The position numbers and the translations under genes are program-made. A stretch of DNA of 46,068 nt from an uncultured Myxococcaceae bacterium (GTDB lineage: Bacteria; Myxococcota; Myxococcia; Myxococcales; Myxococcaceae), in contig CAZQVZ010000001.1 of assembly GCA_964596895.1 (NCBI GenBank), positions 1 to 46,068 of the forward strand, written 5' to 3'. The notes beneath the pieces are model-generated. The model worked only from the letters and a program-made list of their open reading frames with translations, had not been told where the DNA came from and ran no database searches. This document shows positions 8,694-17,614 of the stretch, one piece after another. Numbering within the stretch: position 1 is the first letter of the stretch; every line of letters starts with the position of its first letter.

Positions 8694-10034
8694 TCAACCT
8701 CCTCGAAGCAGCATCACCAGCGCCGCGGTCCCGTTCATCACCACGTGCAGGGCGATGGGCGCCTTGAGCCCACCGCTCGCCAACCTCGCCCAGCCGAGCA
8801 CCACGCCGTACCAGAGGATGAGCAGCACGAAGGCGCCGTAGTACAGGTGCAGCACCGCGAAGAGCGAGGCGGAGATGACCAGCGCCGCCACCTTCGGCAG
8901 AAAGCCTGCGAGCCACGGCAACACCGCGCCGCGGAACAAGAGCTCTTCGCCCATGGGTCCCAACACCACCACCGGCAGGATGAACAGGGCCCAGCCCAAC
9001 GGCCCCAACGGTCCCTGCGCCAGGGCGTGGAGCGGCGAGTCCCCGAACGGCGCCGGCGCAGCGTCCTGCGTGAGCGCGGTGAAGACGAGGACGCAGATGC
9101 CGACGCGCAGCGCGCCGGTGAGCCCATACAGCACGCCGAGCCCGACCGCGTGCGGCCAGGGGAGGGTGGGCGAGCGCTCGGCGCGGTGGCCCCAACCCTT
9201 GCGGCGCGCTCGGCGCCACAGCCAGAGCCCGCCGGCGATGAGCAGCACCGTCTGCGCGAGGACTCCGACGAGGAAGGTGCCCGCGGCCTGGCCGCCGATG
9301 AGCGTGCAGGTCAACAGCGACGCGCCGCTCGCGCCGGCGGAGACCCCCACCAGGAGCAGCGCCGCCCACAGCACCGTCGCGTCCATGCCGCGGCGCCGGC
9401 CCCAGGCGTAGAGCCCGAAGACCGCCAGCGCGCCGATGAGGGGAAAGATGAAGCCGCGTCGCAGGGGACCTCCCCCAGGTGCGCAGGTCGAGCCCGGGTC
9501 CGGCTCGAACAGGCCCCGGGTCACGTGGGCGCCGAGCGGGACTGCGACGCTGAGCAGGTCGCCTTCGCGCTCCACCTCGACCTGCACCGTGTCCCCAGGC
9601 GAATGCTCGGCGAGCCGCGCGCGCAGCTCCGCCAGGGTCGAGACCTGCTGCTCATCCACCCGCCGCACCACGTCACCCGCGCGCAGGCCCGCTGCTGCGG
9701 CCGCGCCGCCCGCGACGGCCTCCTCCAGCCTGGGCGGAGTCGAGCCCGCTTCAATCCGCACGCCCAGCGTCACCCGCGGCGCCGCCGAGCCCACAGCCAC
9801 CGGCTGCTGCGGCATTCCCCCCAACACGCTCACCAGGAGCAGCACCAGCACCACATCCAGGGTGAACAGCCCGAACAGCGCACGGGTCCACCGGCGGTGC
9901 GACGCGCGCTCGGCCTCGGGGACGCGCCGGTCGTACGCGGCGATGAGCGCGAGCGTCAGCGCCGCCGGCAGGCCCAGCCCCGGAACGAAGATGCCGCCCA
10001 GGGCGATGTGGAAGAACAGCCGGGCGCGGCTCAC
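8694..10034 (-). CDS. PDZ domain-containing CPBP (CAAX/Abi) family intramembrane glutamic endopeptidase
   Basis: PDZ-like segment GLRAGDVVRRVDEQQVSTLAELRARL...GDTVQVEVEREG lies between TM helices. The C-terminal CPBP motifs are GPMGEELLFRG and FAVLH...PIALHVVMN. The GTG start overlaps the upstream stop (GTGA). Confidence 0.85.
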   Translation of the reverse strand: MSRARLFFHIALGGIFVPGLGLPAALTLALIAAYDRRVPEAERASHRRWTRALFGLFTLDVVLVLLLVSVLGGMPQQPVAVGSAAPRVTLGVRIEAGSTPPRLEEAVAGGAAAAAGLRAGDVVRRVDEQQVSTLAELRARLAEHSPGDTVQVEVEREGDLLSVAVPLGAHVTRGLFEPDPGSTCAPGGGPLRRGFIFPLIGALAVFGLYAWGRRRGMDATVLWAALLLVGVSAGASGASLLTCTLIGGQAAGTFLVGVLAQTVLLIAGGLWLWRRARRKGWGHRAERSPTLPWPHAVGLGVLYGLTGALRVGICVLVFTALTQDAAPAPFGDSPLHALAQGPLGPLGWALFILPVVVLGPMGEELLFRGAVLPWLAGFLPKVAALVISASLFAVLHLYYGAFVLLILWYGVVLGWARLASGGLKAPIALHVVMNGTAALVMLLRGG

Positions 10035-10894
10035 TGGAGGTGGCAGCAGACGGCCCAGGCGGTGACCTGTGTAGAGGGCGCGCCGCTTCCGGAGGCTTCA
10101 CAGCGGAAGCCGTTGCTCACCGGCACCTGGTCCACGGTGTAGCCAGAGCCCTGGGGCACGTCCTCGCAGCCGCCGCCGGTGGGCACCTCGCCGGAGTTGC
10201 AGGTGGCGGTGACGCCGGCGCTGAACGAACCCTGCGCGCTTCGCCGGGAGCAGCTGAGCTCCGGGAGCGAATGGCTGTGGTTGGAGCGCGCGGCCGAATT
10301 CGAGCTGCCGGAGCCGCTGAAGGCCACGTCCACGCGCAGGTCTCCGCTGCTGGTGCTCACGTTGAGGCCATTGCCGAACACGGTGGGGACGCCGTCCAGC
10401 TTCGCCTTGTCGGCCGCGCTCAGAAAGCCACCGCTGGAGGGCGTCGCCACAGGGTGTGAATGCGAGGCGCTGGCGAAGTCGCTCGCCTCCTGGCCCTGGA
10501 GTCTCACGGCGTCGGCCGCCTTCAAGGCGTAGGGGCTCGAAGCGATGGGCAGCCGGGCCCCCATGGCCTGCTGACCAGCCAGCGCCACCGACAGCCAGCG
10601 CGCGGTCCCGTCGAAGAGCCCGTTCAGAGGCGTGGAGGCGCCGAGCTCCACGGCGTAGTAGCCGTTGCTCAGGGTCACGCCCATGTGCGTCTCGGTCCAC
10701 AGGGGCGTGCCGCCCTGGGCCTGGTCATGGAGCGAGAACTGGAGGTTCTGCGGCGCCGTCTCCGGCGTGCCGTCCGAGCGCACCAGTCGCCCCTGGAAGA
10801 CCAGCCGCTGGGGGACGTCCGCCTGCGCTGCGGCCAGGCTCGCGGTGATGAGCACCAGCAGCGCGCACAGTCGCCGGGTGGAAGACACGGGCAT
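10031..10894 (-). CDS. Secreted hypothetical protein (surface/fibre-like N-terminal module, Cys-containing C-terminal module)
   Basis: ATG 10894 with AAGGAGG upstream. Signal CALLVLITASLAAAQA. The LVFQGRLVRSDGTPETAPQNLQFSLHDQAQGGTPLWTE...VTLSNGYYAVELG pattern recurs in bacterial surface proteins. C-terminus has 6 Cys (..CNSGEVPTGGGCE...GFRCEA...AWAVCC). Confidence 0.7.
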   Translation of the reverse strand: MPVSSTRRLCALLVLITASLAAAQADVPQRLVFQGRLVRSDGTPETAPQNLQFSLHDQAQGGTPLWTETHMGVTLSNGYYAVELGASTPLNGLFDGTARWLSVALAGQQAMGARLPIASSPYALKAADAVRLQGQEASDFASASHSHPVATPSSGGFLSAADKAKLDGVPTVFGNGLNVSTSSGDLRVDVAFSGSGSSNSAARSNHSHSLPELSCSRRSAQGSFSAGVTATCNSGEVPTGGGCEDVPQGSGYTVDQVPVSNGFRCEASGSGAPSTQVTAWAVCCHLQ

Positions 10895-11018
10895 GAAGCC
10901 TCCTTGGCCTGCCCGACACTATAGCGAGCAGGCCCGGTCCCATCGTGGAAGCCGCTTGGCGTCCGACACCGGCCGGTGCGAGCATCCAGGCCTGACGGCC
11001 GGAGTCCGGGAGGTAGCT

Positions 11019-13205
11019 GTGCGCGCGGTCGTGTTCTCGCTGATCGCAGTCGTGTCGTGGTCGTGTCGCGGTGGAGGGCTCTCCAACGCGGACGGCGAGG
11101 TGCAATTTGCCCGCGAGGCGCAGCACCTGGGCGCGGTCTACAGGTCGCTCGGGATCACCGGCAGCATTACCGTCTACAACCGCGGCAGGAGCCCCATGGC
11201 GGTGACGTGGGAGGAGCCCGAGGGCTTCCTCCTGGTCAGCCCACCGTCGGTGCTGGAGGCCGGAGAGACGAAGGTGGGCGTGGCGCTCACCCACGATGCG
11301 CCGGGCATCTACCGCGGCGTCCTCGAGGTTTCGGCCTCCAATTCGGGGGACGAGCTCCTGCTGATCGCCACGGTGCTGGACTTCCCCGAATGCCAACCGT
11401 CCACCCCGTGCAGCACCTGGAACTTCGATCCGGCGCTGGGCGAGTGCGTGGAGACGGTCCTCCCGGACGACACCGTGTGTGACCCGAGGAGCGCGTGCGT
11501 GCAGGACGCCACCTGCCAGGGCGGCAGGTGCGTGGGGCCCTCCATCGTCTGTGACGACGGCAACGCGTGCACCCTCAACACCTGCAACGCGGTCACCGGC
11601 TGTGAGTTCCCGCCTGCGCCGCCATGCCCGGGTGACGGCGCCTGCGGCGTGGGCGTCTGTGACCCGGCCACAGGCTGCACCACCACGCCTGCGGAGGACG
11701 GCACCGTGTGCGGCGAAGGCACCTGCGTCTCCGCGAAGGTCTGCATCGACGGTACGTGCGTGGAGCGGGACCCGCCGGACGGCTTCGTCTGCGCCGAGCC
11801 CACGCCCTGCCGCGAGGCCGGCGTCTGCCAGGGCGCCACCTGCGTGCAGCCTCCGGCCACGCCGGTCGCGTACGACTGGTCCTTCAACGCGCCGGACCCC
11901 ACCGGGCAGACGGTGCAGAAGCGCCTGCACGACTTCGTCATCGAGCCCGACGGCCGGATGTCGATGATGGGGTTCTTCGCCACCACCGTCATCAATGGCG
12001 GCACGACGGCGATGAGGGAGATTGCCAACACCGCGTCTCGTCGCTGCCTCATCTGGAATGGCCGGCTCACCTGCGCGGACCACCGCGAATACGACGTGCC
12101 CGGAGAGGGCCTCGACGGCGCGGTGAAGGTGCTCGACGAGAACGGGCTGCCCCTGTGGCGGTTCCGGCTGGCGCAGCACCGGCCGCAGTTTCTGGCCGAG
12201 AACCAGAACCTCTTCATGGCGCGCATGGTGGTGATGGGCCCGGACCGGCTGGCCGCGGTCTACGAGGCCTACCCTGCCAACCTGGGGAGCGAGACCCGGT
12301 GCCGCAACTACTACATGGCGGTGCTCAACGCCTCGGGTGAGCTCGTCAACGCCCACAAGCTGGTCGACCCGCTGCTGACCCAGTGCAACCACCCGCATCC
12401 CTACGGGGCGGTGGCGGACGCGGCCGGCAACCTCTACCTGTCCTTCTCGCCTTCGTCGGAGGGCAACGCGCCGCTTGCCGCGCAGAACCCCACCTTGCTC
12501 ATCTCCTGGGACAAGGACGGCATCTTCCGGTGGAAGCGCGTGGATGGGTATCCCGGCGGCGAACTGGGCGTGGTCGGAGAGCTGCTCTTCTCTGAAGGTT
12601 CGCAGACGCCGCTGGACGCGAAGACCGGCATCCCGCTGCAGGCGCAAGGTGGCCCGCGGGAGCTGATGGGCCGGCCGGTGGTGACGAAGGACCACTACGT
12701 CTCCAGCCCCTGGATGGGCTTTGGCGGCGGCACCGAAATGCACGGCTACGCGCACACCTCGCGGCGGCAGTGGACGTACACGTTGCCGGCTCCGACGGAC
12801 ACCTTCCTCACCCGCGAGCTTCGGCTGGCGAGCTGGCACCCGCGGCCGGAGGCGCAGCGCCGGGAGGTGGTGCTCACCTTCGCGCGCATCAACGGCGTGG
12901 GGACGCTCGTCGCGGTGGACCCTTCGATGGGCAAGGAGGCGTTCCGGTGCGAGTTGCAGGCGCCCATCATGGACGCGCCGCAGTTGTTCGAAGTGGCCAA
13001 CGACCGGCTGGCGGTGATGGGAGATGCCCTGACGCTCGGAGACGGGGACCCACCGTTCGCCAACAGCTACGCGTCGTTCTGGCGGTTCCTGTTGCCGGGC
13101 ATCTCCCCGTCGCGCTCGCCGTGGCCTGGCACCTGGGGCGGCCCCACGCACGACCACCGGGAGAAGGGCACCCACCCCTCCACCCCCGGCAGCGCTGCCC
13201 AATAG
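11019..13205 (+). CDS. Large lipoprotein with an Ig-like N-domain, myxobacterial Cys-rich repeats and a C-terminal beta-propeller-like region
   Basis: GTG 11019 is preceded by GGGAGG (11008-11013). MRAVVFSLIAVVSWSC signal. DDGNACTLNTCNAVTGC / GDGACGVGVCDPATGC / GTCVSAKVCIDGTC repeats. The upstream part of ORF 10665.. overlaps the neighbouring gene and looks non-coding. Confidence 0.8.
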   Translation: MRAVVFSLIAVVSWSCRGGGLSNADGEVQFAREAQHLGAVYRSLGITGSITVYNRGRSPMAVTWEEPEGFLLVSPPSVLEAGETKVGVALTHDAPGIYRGVLEVSASNSGDELLLIATVLDFPECQPSTPCSTWNFDPALGECVETVLPDDTVCDPRSACVQDATCQGGRCVGPSIVCDDGNACTLNTCNAVTGCEFPPAPPCPGDGACGVGVCDPATGCTTTPAEDGTVCGEGTCVSAKVCIDGTCVERDPPDGFVCAEPTPCREAGVCQGATCVQPPATPVAYDWSFNAPDPTGQTVQKRLHDFVIEPDGRMSMMGFFATTVINGGTTAMREIANTASRRCLIWNGRLTCADHREYDVPGEGLDGAVKVLDENGLPLWRFRLAQHRPQFLAENQNLFMARMVVMGPDRLAAVYEAYPANLGSETRCRNYYMAVLNASGELVNAHKLVDPLLTQCNHPHPYGAVADAAGNLYLSFSPSSEGNAPLAAQNPTLLISWDKDGIFRWKRVDGYPGGELGVVGELLFSEGSQTPLDAKTGIPLQAQGGPRELMGRPVVTKDHYVSSPWMGFGGGTEMHGYAHTSRRQWTYTLPAPTDTFLTRELRLASWHPRPEAQRREVVLTFARINGVGTLVAVDPSMGKEAFRCELQAPIMDAPQLFEVANDRLAVMGDALTLGDGDPPFANSYASFWRFLLPGISPSRSPWPGTWGGPTHDHREKGTHPSTPGSAAQ

Positions 13206-13213
13206 GTTGACGA

Positions 13214-13232
13214 CCTCTCCTCCTGGGAGAGG
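13214..13232. terminator. GC-rich hairpin CCTCTCC-tcctg-GGAGAGG between convergent genes
   Basis: 7-bp perfect stem read from the sequence. It sits in the 37-bp gap between stops at 13205 (+) and 13243 (-). No clear U-tract. Confidence 0.35.
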
Positions 13233-13242
13233 GACGGGAGCG

Positions 13243-15513
13243 CTAAGGCGCCGACAACACGCTGAGCGGCACGCGGACCTTCGTCTCTTCGCCGGCTGAA
13301 ATCTGCACCGGCAACGAGACCGCCTTCTTGTCTGGTCCCACCAACCGCAGCGTGTGCCGCCCCGCGGGAAGCTCCTGCTTCACCACGGGGGTGATGCCCA
13401 GCTCCCGGCCGCCGAGGAACACCGTGGACCAGGGCTCGGTGATGAGCGTCAGGGTTCCCTTTGCCTTCACCGGCGAGGCGACAGCGGGCTTGCCCCAGTC
13501 GTCCTCCGCGTCCGTCGCTGCAGCCGCCGCCGCGGCGGGCTCGGTCTTCGCCGAGCTCCCCGTCGACCGCGAGGCCCTGGCACGCACCGCTGTCCGCTTC
13601 GGCTCCGGCCGGGCCCGGGTCTTCGCCGGCGTTTCGGCGGCGGGCTCGGCCAGCGCTGCAGCGTCGGCCTCCGCAACCAGCGGCACCGGCTCCACGTCCG
13701 CCACCGCCACCGCATCTGCATCCACCACCGTGACCGTATCGGCCGCGGCAGGCACACGCTCGGCCGCGGCCTCCGGCGCCTCCGCGACCGCGACTCCCTC
13801 CGGCACCGGCGCGACCGCCACAGGCCCCAGCGGCACCGCGGCCGGCGGCTTCGGTGCCAGCTCCGGCGCATCGAGCCCCAGGATTTCTCCCAGGTCTTCG
13901 TGCAGCCCGAGCGCGTAGCCGCTCACGCCCACCGCCGCGAGCAATGTGGCGGCCACCACCCCCACCATCATCATCATCCCTCCGCGACCGCCGCCCGCGG
14001 CGCGGCCGCTGGTGGTCGTCTCCACCACGCTCGCGGTGCGCTCCTCATCCCGCGGCGGCAGGCGGAACCGCGGGTTCGTGCGGTCCAGCGCGGCGAGATC
14101 CGGCAGCTCCCCCGGCAACGTCCGCTCCTCCGGCGGGAAGTGGGCCTCGTCGAAGTCCGGCACCGGCGGCGGCAGCGAAGCCCTGGGACCGCTCGGGCGC
14201 GGCGCCCTCCGGCGCGGCGGGTCCACCAGGTGCGGATGCTCGAGCACCGTGACCTCCTGGGGCGGCGTCTGAATGGGCGCAGCCCGGGTCACCGCGGGCA
14301 TCGAGTGGGTGGGCACCGGAGGCGGCAGCGGCGCGCGCTTCGGGGGGGCAGGTGGCTCGGGCGGCAGGGGCCGCCGAGGCGGCGCGGGCGCATCTGCGGA
14401 GACAGCGGGGGCCGGCGGAATTGGCGGAGGGCCTGGCGGCGGCGAGATGACCTGCGGCGCGCCCGGCACCGGCGGCGCGTCCGCGAAGAGCTTCGCCAGC
14501 TTGAACTCGCCGGTGTGCTCGTGGCCCTGCGCGCCGCTCATGAGCTGGCGGGTCTGCTCGCGGCGGTCGGAGAACAGCCGGGTGATGAGCTGCGCGCTCT
14601 GCTCCGGGTGCCAGATGAGCGGGCCGGCCACCCGCTCGATGGCGCGGGCGAGCTCCAGCGCAGTCGCGTAGCGCTCTTCGCGCGTGCGCTTGAGGGCCTT
14701 CAGCGTCACCGCGTCCAACTCCGGCGGCACCTGCGGGTTCTGCCGGGACGGCGGCGCCACCTCTGCCTTGAGCGCCTGCATCATCGCGTCTTCGGCGGTC
14801 TTCGCGTGGAACAGCCGCATCCCGGTGAGGCACTCGTGCAGCACCACGCCCAGCGCGAACACGTCGCTGCGCGGGTCCAGCGGCTCCCCGAGGATCTGCT
14901 CCGGAGACATGTAGCCGCTGGTGCCCTTCACCATCCCCACCGAGGTGCGGCTGGCGCGCCCGAGCGCCTTGGCGATGCCGAAGTCGAGCAGCTTCGTGGT
15001 GCCGTCGTAGGTCACCATGATGTTCTTTTCGGCCACGTCCCGGTGGATGACCTGCACCGCCCGGCCCATGGGGTCCGTGAAGGTGTGCGCGTAGTGCAGC
15101 GCCAGCGCCGTGTCCCGCACCGCCATCAGCGTGAGCCCGGGCGGGATGGGCTCGCCCGCCAGCCGGCAGGCCCGCGCCACCTCCACCAGCGTCGCCCCCG
15201 GCACGAACTCCATGGCCAGGAACAGCTCCCCGTCGTCGATGTCGAGATCGAACACCTGCGCGATGTTCGGGTGGGTGAAGGCCGCGGTGATGCGCGCCTC
15301 GTCCAGGAACATCCGGACGAACTCCTCTTCGCCCTTGATGTCCGGGAGGATCTGCTTGAGCACCACGAACTTGCGGAAGCCGGCGAGCCCCTTCTGGAAC
15401 GCGAGGAAGAGCTCACTCATCCCGCCCATGGAGAGGCGGCAGAGAATCTCGTATTTGCCCAACCGCCGGCCGCTGTGGACGTCCGGGGCGAGCACCAGGG
15501 AGGAGCCGGCCAT
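13243..15513 (-). CDS. Hanks-type Ser/Thr protein kinase with a long Pro/Ala-rich linker, TM segment and C-terminal PEGA domain (paralog of 3255-4976)
   Basis: Start at internal ATG (MAGSSLVLAPDVHSGRRLGKYEIL...). FVVLKQI, HRDVAEKN, LLDFGIAK, GYMSPEQ. PPPGPPPIPPAP... linker. TM helix MMMMVGVVAATLLAAVGVSGY. C-terminal KGTLTLITEPWSTVFLGGRELGITP...LPAGRHTLRL. The 5' 970 nt of ORF 13243..16485 is antisense to the next gene and is rejected. Confidence 0.9.
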   Translation of the reverse strand: MAGSSLVLAPDVHSGRRLGKYEILCRLSMGGMSELFLAFQKGLAGFRKFVVLKQILPDIKGEEEFVRMFLDEARITAAFTHPNIAQVFDLDIDDGELFLAMEFVPGATLVEVARACRLAGEPIPPGLTLMAVRDTALALHYAHTFTDPMGRAVQVIHRDVAEKNIMVTYDGTTKLLDFGIAKALGRASRTSVGMVKGTSGYMSPEQILGEPLDPRSDVFALGVVLHECLTGMRLFHAKTAEDAMMQALKAEVAPPSRQNPQVPPELDAVTLKALKRTREERYATALELARAIERVAGPLIWHPEQSAQLITRLFSDRREQTRQLMSGAQGHEHTGEFKLAKLFADAPPVPGAPQVISPPPGPPPIPPAPAVSADAPAPPRRPLPPEPPAPPKRAPLPPPVPTHSMPAVTRAAPIQTPPQEVTVLEHPHLVDPPRRRAPRPSGPRASLPPPVPDFDEAHFPPEERTLPGELPDLAALDRTNPRFRLPPRDEERTASVVETTTSGRAAGGGRGGMMMMVGVVAATLLAAVGVSGYALGLHEDLGEILGLDAPELAPKPPAAVPLGPVAVAPVPEGVAVAEAPEAAAERVPAAADTVTVVDADAVAVADVEPVPLVAEADAAALAEPAAETPAKTRARPEPKRTAVRARASRSTGSSAKTEPAAAAAAATDAEDDWGKPAVASPVKAKGTLTLITEPWSTVFLGGRELGITPVVKQELPAGRHTLRLVGPDKKAVSLPVQISAGEETKVRVPLSVLSAP

Positions 15514-15601
15514 GCGCGCGTGTCGGCCGACTATAGGCGATCCGCCCTGCTCCCTGCCCGTGCGGCCGCCGGGGAGGGCCAATCCGCTATGCTCGCCGGC
15601 C

Positions 15602-17134
15602 GTGCGGCCGCTCCCCCTCTTCGCGCTGCTCCTCAGCTGTGGTGCCTTCGGCTGCCGGGTCCCGGAGGCCGGGCTGCACGTGGTGGTGGAGGGAGCACTC
15701 ACACCCGGAGTGGACTTCGACCGGCTGTCGCTCGTCGCCTCTTCGGACGGGAAGCCGCTGCTCGCCGAGGTCGTCGAGGGCGAGGAGCTGACCCTGCCCT
15801 TCACCTTCAACGTCCTCTCAGGCCCTGCGACGCCGCCGGGGACGCGGGTGTCGCTGCTGGCCTCCGCGGAGCGCGAAGGTGAGGTCGTCTCCGCCATCCG
15901 CGGCGAAGCGGAGCTGCAGAGCGGAACAGGCAGCACGCTGGTCCTGACCCTGCCAGACCTGGTGCCTACCTCACCGGATGGCGGCGCGCCGCCGGAGCTG
16001 TGCGACGACGGCTTCGACGACGACGGCGACGGACTCGCAGACTGCGCGGACCCGGACTGCGCTTCAAAGGCGTGCGCGGACGACGGGCTCGTCTGCAGCG
16101 CGGGCGCGTGTGGCTGTGGTGAAGACGGGCGGGTGGGCACCTGGCGACAGCCCCTGCCCGGGCTCGCGGACCGGACGGCGGTGCGGCTGTTGATGCTCGA
16201 ACGCGGCGCGCGCGCGGGGTGGTGGGTGCTCGCCGGTGGCGAAGAGGACGGCAGCGCCAGCCCGAAGCTGGAGCTCTTCCGCCCCGGCCAGAACCTGCTC
16301 GAGCCGCTCTCACCTTCGCCCGCGCGCGGGGCGGTGGCGCTCGTGGAGCTGTCGGACGGCAGCGTGGTGCTCATCGGCGGAGAGGACGCGAGCGGCGCTG
16401 CCCTCTCCACGGTGAGCCGGCTGTCGTTCGACGGGGGCACACCGAAGCTGGACGCGGTGACGCTCTCTGCGCCCCTGCCGCTCAACGACGCGCACGCCTT
16501 CCGCGTGGGGGGAGGCGACGCCGTCTACGTCACCGGCGGGGACCTCGGCGCGCGGCTGGTGCGCCTGGGGTTCGACGCGGCGTTCACCGAGGCGACGTGG
16601 GAGGAGCTGCCCCCACTGTCCGCATCGCGCGAGACCTCGGCCGCGCTGGGGGATGGACGGCGGGTGCTCGCCTCGGGTCCGGATGCGACGACGCAGGTGG
16701 ATCTCGTCACCTCCGACGGCGCGCTGCACAGCGGCCCGCCGCTGCCGGTGCCGGTGGCGAAGGCCGCGCTCGCGCAGACCGCGGGTGGCCGGGTCCTGGT
16801 GGTGGAAGGTGGCGGCGCCCAGTCCTCCCGTGCCTTCCTGCTGGAGGTCGTGGGAGAGGCGGTGTCAGTCAGGGAGACGGGCGGGGTGCCGGCCGCGCTG
16901 GAGGCGCCGAAGGCCGTCCCCCTCGAGCGCGGCTGGGTCTACGTGCAGGACGCAGGCTCGAGGACCGCGTGGTGGTACGACCCCGCGTCAGGGGCCTTCG
17001 TGGCCGCCGCGGAGCCTGTGCCCTCTTCGGCGCCTGCCTGGAGCGACGAAGCGCTGGGCACGAGCGGGCGCGCCGTGTACCGGATTGCCGGCGGCGAGGC
17101 GCAGGTGCTCGAGCGCCGCTGTCCGCAGGGCTGA
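15602..17134 (+). CDS. Lipoprotein with a MopE-like acidic Cys motif and Kelch/beta-propeller-like repeats
   Basis: GTG 15602 gives MRPLPLFALLLSCGAFGC. ELCDDGFDDDGDGLADCADPDCA matches the C-x-D-x-D-[DN]-D-G-D-G...DC-DP-DC putative metal-binding motif. It is followed by repeated ...G.VL..GG.. blades. An alternative ATG at 15512 would overlap the divergent kinase start. Confidence 0.7.
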   Translation: MRPLPLFALLLSCGAFGCRVPEAGLHVVVEGALTPGVDFDRLSLVASSDGKPLLAEVVEGEELTLPFTFNVLSGPATPPGTRVSLLASAEREGEVVSAIRGEAELQSGTGSTLVLTLPDLVPTSPDGGAPPELCDDGFDDDGDGLADCADPDCASKACADDGLVCSAGACGCGEDGRVGTWRQPLPGLADRTAVRLLMLERGARAGWWVLAGGEEDGSASPKLELFRPGQNLLEPLSPSPARGAVALVELSDGSVVLIGGEDASGAALSTVSRLSFDGGTPKLDAVTLSAPLPLNDAHAFRVGGGDAVYVTGGDLGARLVRLGFDAAFTEATWEELPPLSASRETSAALGDGRRVLASGPDATTQVDLVTSDGALHSGPPLPVPVAKAALAQTAGGRVLVVEGGGAQSSRAFLLEVVGEAVSVRETGGVPAALEAPKAVPLERGWVYVQDAGSRTAWWYDPASGAFVAAAEPVPSSAPAWSDEALGTSGRAVYRIAGGEAQVLERRCPQG

Positions 17135-17164
17135 CCTGCCGTTCGGGAGAGTTTCAGGAGAATC

Positions 17165-17614
17165 ATGAGCGACGACTTCGCCGAGTTCATCAACGCCTCC
17201 GGTGCAGACGGCTGGATGAAGGCCAACGGGCTGCGGCTCACGCGCGCCACCGTGGACGAGGTGCAGGGCACGCTGGAGGTTCGGCCCGAGCATCTGCAGG
17301 CCTACGGCATCGTCCACGGTGGCATCCACGCCGCCATCATCGAGACGCTGGCCTCCGTCGGCGCGGCGGTGAACGCCATGCCCCACGGGCGCAGCGTGGT
17401 GGGCCTGGAGAACCACACCTCATTCCTGCGCGCGGCCCGCGAAGGCACGCTGCACGCCACCGCGCGTCCGCTGCAGCGCGGGCGCCGAAGCCACGTCTGG
17501 GAGGCCGAGGTCAAAGACGGCGAGGGGCGCTTGCTGGCCACCGGAAGGGTGCGCCTGCTGGTCCTCGACGAAGGTGCGCCGCTCGCCGGCAAACCCGCAG
17601 GCGTGCCGTCCTAG
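17165..17614 (+). CDS. PaaI-family hotdog-fold thioesterase
   Basis: AGGAG is 4 nt upstream of the ATG. Typical of PaaI/DUF4442-type thioesterases: ...G.LEVRPEHLQAYGIVHGGIHAAIIETLASVGA.....VGLENHTSFLRAA..G.L.A.A.....GRRSHVWEAEV.D..GRLLATGRV.L. Confidence 0.85.
   Translation: MSDDFAEFINASGADGWMKANGLRLTRATVDEVQGTLEVRPEHLQAYGIVHGGIHAAIIETLASVGAAVNAMPHGRSVVGLENHTSFLRAAREGTLHATARPLQRGRRSHVWEAEVKDGEGRLLATGRVRLLVLDEGAPLAGKPAGVPS

Noticed and set aside
6766-9369. 867-aa minus-strand ORF spanning four annotated genes. The same applies to other very long alternative-frame ORFs, e.g. 880..2244(-), 930..2285(+), 10725..13202(-), 13354..15882(+), 16219..17979(+), 19453..21291(+), 24734..27583(-), 31726..33105(+), 37719..39092(-) and 42808..44922(+).
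   Set aside because: Their translations are Arg/Ala/Gly/Pro/His-rich low-complexity strings with no motifs. They lie antisense or out of frame to ORFs that carry clear family signatures and high third-position GC. Long open frames of this kind are expected by chance in DNA this GC-rich.
15512-15601. ATG at 15512 as the start of the Kelch-like lipoprotein gene. It would overlap the divergent kinase start codon at 15513 back-to-back.
   Set aside because: The added 30 residues (MRACRPTIGDPPCSLPVRPPGRANPLCSPA) are not signal-peptide-like. GTG 15602 yields a canonical lipoprotein signal (MRPLPLFALLLSC). I kept it as an alternative only.
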